DNA from: a virus
Taxonomy: Duplodnaviria; Caudoviricetes
Virus record (IMG/VR): IMGVR_UViG_3300030118_002679
Coordinates: 1-58,402 of that record
Strand: one strand, 5' to 3'
DNA: 58,402 nt
The notes under the pieces were generated by a model. It ran no database searches. It saw nothing but the letters and a program-made list of their open reading frames with translations, and was not told the origin of the DNA. Positions 49,134-56,646 of the stretch are shown here, piece after piece (position 1 is the stretch's first letter; the number at the start of each line of letters is the position of its first letter). Both the position numbers and the translations under genes were made by a program.

Positions 49134-49358
49134 GTGACAAGGAGTAAAATCGAAATGTCATTTTATGATCTTATATGTGACTTGATGAAAGAAGCAATGA
49201 GCCAGGACATCGACCCACGACTCATGGATCCAGATGACAGACATTTATTTACTGATTTAGTTTACGCTGAATACCTTCTCAATAAAGACAAAGGAAATGC
49301 ATATAGTGTTAGATATAAAGAATTATTAATTCATCTTATCAAAACCTATGGGCACTAA
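49134..49358 (+). CDS. Hypothetical protein
   Basis: ORF; TAATG coupling. Confidence 0.6.
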   Translation: MTRSKIEMSFYDLICDLMKEAMSQDIDPRLMDPDDRHLFTDLVYAEYLLNKDKGNAYSVRYKELLIHLIKTYGH

Positions 49359-49822
49359 TGTATCTACCATCAACTGAAGTATTAAAAATATTAGGATACA
49401 ATTTATCAAAACAAATCGTTTTTACAGAACGCAGACCGGAGCAGCAACTTTACGTTTATGTGTTAGTCAATGCCATTGAAGATGTTATGATAAAACAATC
49501 TGATCGTAAATCTTCATTGATAAAATGTGAAGCTCATAATTGGTTTATTGGATTAAGCATAGATTTTCGCAGAGTATGTGAATGGGCCTTATTAGATCCA
49601 GAATGTGTACATCACAGCTATAAATTATCTATTGAACAACAAAGAGTAAAATTTACACATCGTCAAATATTATGGAAGCACTATCACAATACCTATCTTA
49701 AAATGAAAAAATTATCTGAAAAAGAAAAACGCAGACAGAAAGGCACATTAACAAATTTACGTTATCAAGTTTTAGAAAGTCCTACTAATTATATAAGCAC
49801 GTTGTGTTTATCCGTCATTTAA
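49358..49822 (+). CDS. Conserved phage hypothetical protein
   Basis: PEQQLY..VLVNAIED...AHNWF...DFRRVCEWALLDP. Confidence 0.65.
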   Translation: MYLPSTEVLKILGYNLSKQIVFTERRPEQQLYVYVLVNAIEDVMIKQSDRKSSLIKCEAHNWFIGLSIDFRRVCEWALLDPECVHHSYKLSIEQQRVKFTHRQILWKHYHNTYLKMKKLSEKEKRRQKGTLTNLRYQVLESPTNYISTLCLSVI

Positions 49823-50237
49823 AATACTCAAAATTATAACTGGTTTCATTATCTGCTAATAATTTAGCACCATTTCTTAGATGAAAGTTTTTAGCCATTT
49901 CAGTTTTTGGAGATAATGTCACATATCGTTTTGTTTGTAATAATTGTAATAATTCGTTAAGTATTAATCGACCATAACCTTTCTCATATGACCATACCGT
50001 ATAAAATATAGTAAACTCATCTGCTGCTGATAATGAATATATTTCCAACTGTTCCATATCAATAGGACATTTAAATGTATTAGCGATACATACTACTGCC
50101 TTACCTGGTATCGTATATATACATCTACCTTGTGATGTTCTAAAGGCATAACTTACATCACGTACTGGATCGTCTTTAATTTGTACTTGTGATTGATTAG
50201 TTACTTTTTTTAGTTTCGATTTTGTCTGGTGTGACAT
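49815..50237 (-). CDS. GNAT-fold protein with malonyl-CoA decarboxylase-like motifs
   Basis: IFYTVWS, GYGRLIL, VTLSP, NFHLRNGA. Confidence 0.6.
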   Translation of the reverse strand: MSHQTKSKLKKVTNQSQVQIKDDPVRDVSYAFRTSQGRCIYTIPGKAVVCIANTFKCPIDMEQLEIYSLSAADEFTIFYTVWSYEKGYGRLILNELLQLLQTKRYVTLSPKTEMAKNFHLRNGAKLLADNETSYNFEYFK

Positions 50238-50718
50238 CTATTATGTTTTTAGCCTCGCCTATTTTATGTTCAAGCTCCTCTAATCGTTTTTCTAATTGAT
50301 CTCTACTCATACCTTCTAATGTAGAGTGAGTTATTTGTTTATGATCTACGTATAGTCCAGCTAGTTGACCAGAACGATACTCAGCATTAATGGATGCATT
50401 AAACTGACCCTTGGCTGACGATTGATCTCTTAAATCATCTAATATCTTGTAGCGTCTTAATTTATCTTTCTCGTACTTTTCTTTTTCTTCACCTATTCTT
50501 TTTTCCATATAGCGGCAGATATGAGGATTGATATCTGGGTTCGTAAGCTTCGATGCAAGAACCATGGCACTCTCTCTTGTTTTCGTATTATAACCACTCT
50601 CGATTAACGCATCAGTCTTAGTTATCTTTCCCCAATTGTCTACTAATATATCTATAAACTTTTTTTGTTTATCAGTTAGGTCTTTTATAGATCTCAGTTC
50701 TCTTCTTTTTTGTGCCAT
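50197..50718 (-). CDS. terS: Terminase small subunit
   Basis: LTDKQKKF...ALIESGY...ASKL N-terminal HTH of the Terminase_2 type. Confidence 0.7.
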   Translation of the reverse strand: MAQKRRELRSIKDLTDKQKKFIDILVDNWGKITKTDALIESGYNTKTRESAMVLASKLTNPDINPHICRYMEKRIGEEKEKYEKDKLRRYKILDDLRDQSSAKGQFNASINAEYRSGQLAGLYVDHKQITHSTLEGMSRDQLEKRLEELEHKIGEAKNIIDVTPDKIETKKSN

Positions 50719-50747
50719 ATTGTTACCGTTTTTTTGTTAAATTTACC

Positions 50748-50962
50748 ATAAAGCACTTACTTAGAAAATAAAAAATAAAAAAAAATTGCAGCAAAAACAA
50801 TCCTCTGTAGCTATTTTTTCCCAAAATCTAGGAATTTTTCCCAAAGTTTTCCCAAAACTATTTCTCTGTAAGGGTATGTATTCTGGGATTTTTTCCATTT
50901 TCCCAAAATATTTGCTTATTCTACGCTATTAATATTTTTTTTTTTCTAAGCAGCTGCTTTAT
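50748..50962. repeat. Iteron array inside 30-bp inverted repeats (candidate origin or pac)
   Basis: IR 50748-50777/50933-50962 (26/30); TTTTCCCAAA at 50816, 50836, 50847, 50898. Confidence 0.7.
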
Positions 50963-50999
50963 AGAAAAATAAGAATTTAGGAAAAAATACATAAAACAC

Positions 51000-51030
51000 T
51001 TGCATCACTAATTCGATGTGCTATTATAAT
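51000..51030 (+). promoter_or_regulatory. Sigma70 promoter with degenerate operator
   Basis: TTGCAT-CACtaattcGATGTGC-TATTAT (TATAAT overlapping), then AACAAAGGAG. Confidence 0.65.
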
Positions 51031-51052
51031 AGTATAAACAAAGGAGAAATAA

Positions 51053-51403
51053 ATGAATAATAAACAATATAAATGGGAAAGCAGCAGTATGATGATAAAA
51101 TCTGTTACTGAAGAATTAGTAAAAAAATCAATTAAAGATGGTTGGGCAGTGAGTGTTTTTCTTGACAGTCACACTTGCATACTTAAAAACAGTAAATGTT
51201 TTGATCAAATTATGTGGAACTTACACCAAGGTTGTTTTGATGGTGAATCAGTACAAGTTTGTATTAGTAAAGGTAATAAAAAAGATTACTGTACTGTACT
51301 TTTAAATCAAGGTTCACCAGATCAAGAAATTTGTCATATTTATTATGATAATTATATTTCTGATTGGTGTTTTAAAACTAATAACGGACAAAAGGAGATA
51401 TAA
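51053..51403 (+). CDS. Hypothetical Cys-rich early protein
   Basis: Strong RBS; MNNKQY start like MNKKQY of 20392. Confidence 0.7.
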   Translation: MNNKQYKWESSSMMIKSVTEELVKKSIKDGWAVSVFLDSHTCILKNSKCFDQIMWNLHQGCFDGESVQVCISKGNKKDYCTVLLNQGSPDQEICHIYYDNYISDWCFKTNNGQKEI

Positions 51404-51531
51404 GCATTTATTGTAGCTCTCTTCGGAGAGTTACGACAAGTGTTTAACACTTGATAAGAGGACACGTTATGTAAACCCTGTCCGTATGTAGAGAGTTTTG
51501 GGATCTACCTGGTTGTAATGTGTCTTCTTAT
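51404..51531 (+). ncRNA. Structured intergenic RNA (two long G:U-containing stems)
   Basis: 18-bp stem with cUUCGg loop at 51404-51443; 18-bp stem 51454-51471/51514-51531. Confidence 0.5.
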
Positions 51532-51547
51532 GTAATAAAAGGATAAA

Positions 51548-52555
51548 ATGAGTAAATTTGTAAAATTAATACAAGTAGATGGTAAGTTGCCTAATTTAGC
51601 ATTGATGAAATTAAGTTCATATTATAAAGAAAATGGTTATCAAGTAGATTTTACCAGATCAGTTCATAAAGATTTGTTTGATAAGAACTATCACTTTGTT
51701 TTTGCGTCAAGCATTTTTAAATTTAGTAAAAACAGAATACAAAGACTTAAACAAAATTATCCTAAAGCAATAATAGGGGGAACTGGCACTGATGATTGGA
51801 AACTATCTATAGAAGACTATATTGGTGATTATGATAAATATGATTACACAATTTATCCAGAATATAATTTTAGTTTAGGCTTTACCCAAAGAGGGTGCAG
51901 ACTAAAATGTAAATTTTGTGTTGTACCTATTAAAGAGGGAAAAAACAGATCAGTAATTAATTCAGTGTATGATATTTGGAGGGGAGAAGGTTATCCAAAA
52001 AAGCTGCATCTTTTAGATAATGACTTCTTTGGACAACCAGAAGAGCAATGGAAATTAAGAGTAAAAGAAATACAAGAGGGCAAATTTCAAGTATGTTTTA
52101 ATCAAGGCATAAATATAAGATTGATAGACGAAACAGTAGCAGAAAACTTGGCTACTATAAATTTTAAAGATGATTCTTTTACAAGAAAAAGAATTTACAC
52201 AGCTTGGGATAATATCGGAGATGAAAAAAGATTTTTTAAGGGTGTTAACTTATTAGTAAAGTATGGAATAAAGCCAAATCAAATAATGGCATATATGTTA
52301 ATTGGTTATGATAAAAGAGAAACTTGGGATCGCATATGGTATAGATTTAATAAGATGGTAGATGTTGGTGTGTATCCTTATCCAATGGTATATGATCCTT
52401 TACAACAAAAAACAGAATTAAAACAATTCCAAAGGTATGCAGTACGTCAATATTATAGACACAAAACATGGAAAGAATATTTATACTGGTACAATAATAG
52501 AAGTATATCCAGTATGGATCAAAAGAAGCAAATAGATTTATATGAAAACAAATAA
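51548..52555 (+). CDS. Radical SAM enzyme
   Basis: TQRGCRLKCKFCVV (CxxxCxxC); PNLALMKLS N-domain; LLDNDF. Confidence 0.88.
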   Translation: MSKFVKLIQVDGKLPNLALMKLSSYYKENGYQVDFTRSVHKDLFDKNYHFVFASSIFKFSKNRIQRLKQNYPKAIIGGTGTDDWKLSIEDYIGDYDKYDYTIYPEYNFSLGFTQRGCRLKCKFCVVPIKEGKNRSVINSVYDIWRGEGYPKKLHLLDNDFFGQPEEQWKLRVKEIQEGKFQVCFNQGINIRLIDETVAENLATINFKDDSFTRKRIYTAWDNIGDEKRFFKGVNLLVKYGIKPNQIMAYMLIGYDKRETWDRIWYRFNKMVDVGVYPYPMVYDPLQQKTELKQFQRYAVRQYYRHKTWKEYLYWYNNRSISSMDQKKQIDLYENK

Positions 52556-52571
52556 AAAAAAGGAGAATAAA

Positions 52572-52778
52572 ATGAGTAAATTTAAAGATCACTTAATGCA
52601 AAAAGAACAACAGTTAGATGAACAAATTATTTTTATGAATAAGATGATTAACAATACACAATCTGTTATTGATAAATCTAATGATACTTGGATCATAAGA
52701 TATTGGACTAATGTTCGTAATACCCTACAAGAACAACAAAAAGATTTACAAAAACAAAAGACAGGAATTAGTTATTGA
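52572..52778 (+). CDS. Hypothetical coiled-coil protein (ATG 52572 preferred)
   Basis: AAGGAG RBS. Confidence 0.6.
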   Translation: MSKFKDHLMQKEQQLDEQIIFMNKMINNTQSVIDKSNDTWIIRYWTNVRNTLQEQQKDLQKQKTGISY

Positions 52779-52809
52779 TATTCCTTAAACAATCGTTTAA
52801 GGTTGTGTT

Positions 52810-52873
52810 GTCACCACTATGTGACTATCCTTTGTTGCACCTGGTAGCGTCATTTCTGCTGGGTGCTACTTTT
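52810..52873 (+). ncRNA. Candidate small RNA 2 (hairpin, anti-leader seed, terminator-like hairpin)
   Basis: TTGATA-17-TAAGGT promoter; GTCAC/GTGAC hairpin; single-stranded TATCCTTTGTT; 11-bp stem with 3 G:U pairs; TACTTTT. Confidence 0.45.
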
Positions 52874-52887
52874 GTAAAAAGGTCATC

Positions 52888-53298
52888 ATGGAAAAAAATT
52901 TGTGGTCTTCACTTAACCAAATACAAAAGACAGATCCAATGATGTTTTTAATGAGAGTAGAATCTAGTACAATCAACGGAATACCTGACGTTCACGCATG
53001 TCATAAAGGTCATTCTTTTTGGTTAGAGTTGAAATCAAATGATGATAAGAAATATGGCTTATCCAAATATCAAATTATCTGGCAGATAGATTATTTAAAT
53101 GTAGGAGGCAATGTATTCAACTTAGTTTTGGCCCCCTCGCAGAGGGCACTCAAACTTGTGAGATTGAATCCAGCTTTGTTCTCATTTTGTACTGGGTTTG
53201 TGCCGCATGAAAAAAGTTTCCAGGTGCTCGGATCTAAACCGTATAACAAAAAAAATTTACAATCTATAATTAAGTTGGCAAGTGATTCGTGTCGTTAG
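52888..53298 (+). CDS. PD-(D/E)xK nuclease, VRR-NUC / Holliday-junction resolvase-like
   Basis: RVES...GIPDV...FWLELK...LSKYQIIWQ. Confidence 0.85.
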   Translation: MEKNLWSSLNQIQKTDPMMFLMRVESSTINGIPDVHACHKGHSFWLELKSNDDKKYGLSKYQIIWQIDYLNVGGNVFNLVLAPSQRALKLVRLNPALFSFCTGFVPHEKSFQVLGSKPYNKKNLQSIIKLASDSCR

Positions 53299-53324
53299 TT
53301 CGCATAACTGTTATTATGTTAAAA
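53297..53324 (+). other. dif-like XerC/XerD recombination site
   Basis: AGTTCGCATAA-CTGTTA-TTATGTTAAAA vs E. coli GGTGCGCATAA-TGTATA-TTATGTTAAAT (arms 9/11 and 10/11). Confidence 0.8.
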
Positions 53325-53518
53325 AAAGGCGTTTGTTCTATCTTTGTTCCGCATGGGCCGTAAAAGAAGGCTCAAGATTTTTTGGCAATAGTCAAGTATT
53401 ATTTTATTTTTTTTTGGGGGTCGCAAAAATTTATGTTACTGTGCGTATAGCTATAGGTTGAGTTGAATACATACATATAGGGAGTAAACATATCGGTTGT
53501 TTTATGTTATAAAAAATT

Positions 53519-53836
53519 ATGGCAAAAAAATTACAAAAAAATTCTAACTATGCACAATACGATATAAATAATGATGGAACAGTATCTGATGAAGAACTGG
53601 AGCATATGAAAGAAATAAAAAGATTAGAAGGTGAATTAAGAAAGCATAGAGCACAAAGAAGAATGGCGACATTTACTTTAGTTGGTATGGGATTATTCAC
53701 TGCTATGATGTTTATGCCTTTTATGACTGTAGAAAAAATAGATGCTCTTAGTGACATTAGTAATTTGTTTTATATTTCTGGAGCAGGTATTGTTGGTGCA
53801 TATATGGGAGCAACAGCCTGGATGTCAAAAAAATAA
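53519..53836 (+). CDS. EF-hand-containing two-TM membrane protein
   Basis: YDINNDGTVSDEEL loop followed by two hydrophobic helices. Confidence 0.75.
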   Translation: MAKKLQKNSNYAQYDINNDGTVSDEELEHMKEIKRLEGELRKHRAQRRMATFTLVGMGLFTAMMFMPFMTVEKIDALSDISNLFYISGAGIVGAYMGATAWMSKK

Positions 53837-55308
53837 TGAGTGTTGATCATCTAACTACTGATAGATTAAGACTAAAAGTAGAAAAAGTTTTTATACAACA
53901 TATAAAACTTTGCCAAGATAATTTTTTATATTTTGTACAAGAGATGTGGCAAGATTTTATTTGCAGAAAAGAAAAAGATAAAAGTAAATGGGGTCATCAT
54001 CAAATTATTGCAAATGAGTTTTCTCAAATAGCTAATAAAAGAAAAGGAAGGCTCATAATTAACATGCCTCCAAGACATACTAAATCAGAATTTGCATCTG
54101 TATATTTTCCAGCTTGGATCATAGGGAAGTTTCCAAAATTAAAAATTATGCAAGTGTCACATAACACAGAACTAGCAGTTCGTTTTGGAAGTAAGGTTCG
54201 TAACATAATAGATTCTCAAGAGTACAAACAAATTTTTGGAGATGTAAAATTACGTGAAGACTCTAAAGCTAAAGGAAGATGGGAAACTAATCATGGTGGT
54301 GAATATTATGCAGCTGGTGTAGGGGCATCAATAACTGGTCGTGGTGCAGATTTATTAATCATTGATGATCCACATACGGAACAAGATTCAATGTCTGACT
54401 TAGCTATGGAACGAGCATATGATTGGTATACATCCGGACCCAGACAAAGATTACAACCTGGCGGATCTATTCTTTTGGTTATGACAAGATGGGCCGAAGA
54501 TGATTTGACTGGTAGATTATTGAAGGCTCAAAAAGAACCCAAAGCTGATACATGGAAAACAATATCTTTTCCTGCGATCTTACCAGATGGTAAACCAGTG
54601 TGGTCAGAATATTGGGAGAAAGAAGAATTAGAAAAGATCAAAGCTTCATTACCCATAAGAAATTGGTCAGCACAATATATGCAAGAGCCTACTTCCGAAG
54701 AAGGTGCGATTATCAAACGAGAATGGTGGCAACCTTGGAAAGAGGAATCCATGCCAAACTTAGTTCATGTCATACAAAGTTATGACACAGCGTTTAGTAA
54801 AAAAGAAACAGCAGACTATTCTGCTATTACTACTTGGGGTGTTTTTTATCCAGATGAAGTTACACCTAATATTATTTTGTTAGATGCTTTACGTGGTAAA
54901 TATGATTTTCCAGAATTGAAAGTAGTGGCAATGGATGCGTATAAATATTGGGAACCAGAAAGTGTAATCATAGAACAAAAAGCAAGTGGTGAACCTTTAA
55001 CTCAAGAATTTAGAAGAATGGGAATACCAGTGATACCATTTGTGCCAAGTAAAGGTAATGATAAATTTACCAGAGTAAATTCAGTAGCACCAATTTTTGA
55101 AAGCGGTGCAGTGTGGTTTCCTTACGGAGAAACTTTTTCAGATGAGGTAATAGAAGAGTGTGCAGCGTTCCCTCATGGTGCAAACGATGATTACGTTGAC
55201 AGTATGACCCAAGCACTGTTACGATATAGACAAGGTAACTTTGTTGAACTATACTCTGATTATGTGGACAATGAAGACTTACCACCAAAACAATATAATT
55301 ATTATTGA
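53836..55308 (+). CDS. terL: Terminase large subunit
   Basis: INMPPRHTKS, ITGRGADLLIIDDP, VMTRW, SYDTA, IEQKASG, DDYVDS. Confidence 0.95.
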   Translation: MSVDHLTTDRLRLKVEKVFIQHIKLCQDNFLYFVQEMWQDFICRKEKDKSKWGHHQIIANEFSQIANKRKGRLIINMPPRHTKSEFASVYFPAWIIGKFPKLKIMQVSHNTELAVRFGSKVRNIIDSQEYKQIFGDVKLREDSKAKGRWETNHGGEYYAAGVGASITGRGADLLIIDDPHTEQDSMSDLAMERAYDWYTSGPRQRLQPGGSILLVMTRWAEDDLTGRLLKAQKEPKADTWKTISFPAILPDGKPVWSEYWEKEELEKIKASLPIRNWSAQYMQEPTSEEGAIIKREWWQPWKEESMPNLVHVIQSYDTAFSKKETADYSAITTWGVFYPDEVTPNIILLDALRGKYDFPELKVVAMDAYKYWEPESVIIEQKASGEPLTQEFRRMGIPVIPFVPSKGNDKFTRVNSVAPIFESGAVWFPYGETFSDEVIEECAAFPHGANDDYVDSMTQALLRYRQGNFVELYSDYVDNEDLPPKQYNYY

Positions 55309-55316
55309 GGATAGCC

Positions 55317-56081
55317 ATGAGTAGTAGCAAAAACAAACCTAAACAACCAAAAATTAAATATGATTTTACAGAACAAATAAAACGTAATAATCCGTCATAT
55401 AAATATGATGTTAAATCTATTATCTTAAATACTATGGGTAAGAAAAAAATTAAGAAAAAAAGTGAGGGTGGTGATATTAAAGTAAAAAAAATAGATCCAT
55501 TAAGTGAAAGATTAGATAAAGCTGGAATCAGAGGAGGAGTTGGTAAAAGTTCTAGACCAACTTTAAATAAAAAAGATAAACAAGTGATAGATGCTTTTTA
55601 CAAAGGTAAAGAAGCAAGTAGTAACAAATTAACATCAGATGGTAAAACTTTAGAAATAATGGGTTTAGGAAGACAGAACATAGCGAAAAGAGATAAAGGA
55701 GAGTTTGGTGATTTTAATATTACAGCTAAACCAAGTGGTAGAACAACACAAAGCATATTAAGATATATTAAAAAAACTTTTCCAAAAGACAGAATAAAAA
55801 AAGACGCTACAAAAATGGTAAAGCAAGAAGACAGTTTTCTAACCAGATACTCTGGGAAAAAGTTAAGAGACACAGCAGCAAAGTTTTTAGATAGTAAGAA
55901 TATTAAATATGAAAAAACTGGTGGACCTAGTTCACTCAAAATTACAGGAGTTCCTAAAAGTCAAAGATTAAAACTTATGGATAAAATACAAGCTAATCAG
56001 GACAAAGCTGTTAAATTACCAAAGAAAAAAAATAAAGGTGGACTACTTGTTACACCTAAATTAGCGAAAAGAGGTTTTTAA
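55317..56081 (+). CDS. Lys-rich hypothetical protein (ATG 55317 preferred)
   Basis: GAGG RBS; KSEGGDI and KNKGGLL tags; ends PKLAKRGF. Confidence 0.65.
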   Translation: MSSSKNKPKQPKIKYDFTEQIKRNNPSYKYDVKSIILNTMGKKKIKKKSEGGDIKVKKIDPLSERLDKAGIRGGVGKSSRPTLNKKDKQVIDAFYKGKEASSNKLTSDGKTLEIMGLGRQNIAKRDKGEFGDFNITAKPSGRTTQSILRYIKKTFPKDRIKKDATKMVKQEDSFLTRYSGKKLRDTAAKFLDSKNIKYEKTGGPSSLKITGVPKSQRLKLMDKIQANQDKAVKLPKKKNKGGLLVTPKLAKRGF

Positions 56082-56194
56082 TGATAAAAAAAATCAAAGA
56101 AATTTTTAATAAAATAAAAAAAAGATTATTTGGTAAACTCTGTGAATGTATGCCTAAGAAAAAAAGTAAAAGAGGGAGACCTAAGAAAAAATGA
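56081..56194 (+). CDS. 37-aa basic peptide with AT-hook (not in ORF track)
   Basis: MIKKIKEIFNKIKKRLFGKLCECMPKKKSKRGRPKKK; TAATG and ATGA coupling. Confidence 0.65.
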   Translation: MIKKIKEIFNKIKKRLFGKLCECMPKKKSKRGRPKKK

Positions 56195-56646
56195 CAAATT
56201 ATCCTAAAGGCACTTTAGCAAGAAGATTATCAGAAGAAGATAATCCTACAGGTTATCCAAGAGGCTCTCAAGCAGATAAAATAGTAAGAGCTGAAAGAAG
56301 AGTAAAAAAACAAAGAAAAGAATCTGAGGATAGAAAAAAGAAAAAGAAAGTCACAAAACCAGATCCAGGGAAAGGCAGATCATTTAATCAAAAGCTATTA
56401 GCGTATGAAACCCTTACTGGAGAAAGTGCTTTACAACCTTTGCAAGATTTAATTAGAGGACCCTCGGCTCCAGATATAGCTGTACCAGATTTAGCATCAG
56501 AAGTACGTGAGGGAGTAGAAGCAAAGAAAGCGTTAATAAGAGCTACACCTAAAATGTATCCTATGTATTATGAGAGAGCTAAAAAAGGTAAATTTGTAAA
56601 AGTAAAAACTAAATTAGGCAGAACAAAAAAAACTAAGTTGTTATGA
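56191..56646 (+). CDS. Basic hypothetical protein
   Basis: Short repeat TNYPKGT/TGYPRGS; ends RAKKGKFVKVKTKLGRTKKTKLL. Confidence 0.65.
   Translation: MTNYPKGTLARRLSEEDNPTGYPRGSQADKIVRAERRVKKQRKESEDRKKKKKVTKPDPGKGRSFNQKLLAYETLTGESALQPLQDLIRGPSAPDIAVPDLASEVREGVEAKKALIRATPKMYPMYYERAKKGKFVKVKTKLGRTKKTKLL

Noticed and set aside
50811-50910. TTTTCCCAAA repeats as a CRISPR array
   Set aside because: Repeats are only 10 bp with irregular spacing, and there are no cas genes.
50748-50962. Inverted-repeat element as a MITE/IS
   Set aside because: No transposase, no second copy and no clear target-site duplication.
51404-51547. tRNA, SAM-V riboswitch or hammerhead ribozyme
   Set aside because: No cloverleaf or T-loop, no CUGANGA/GAAA core, and no SAM-II/V pseudoknot pattern recognised; kept only as unclassified structure.
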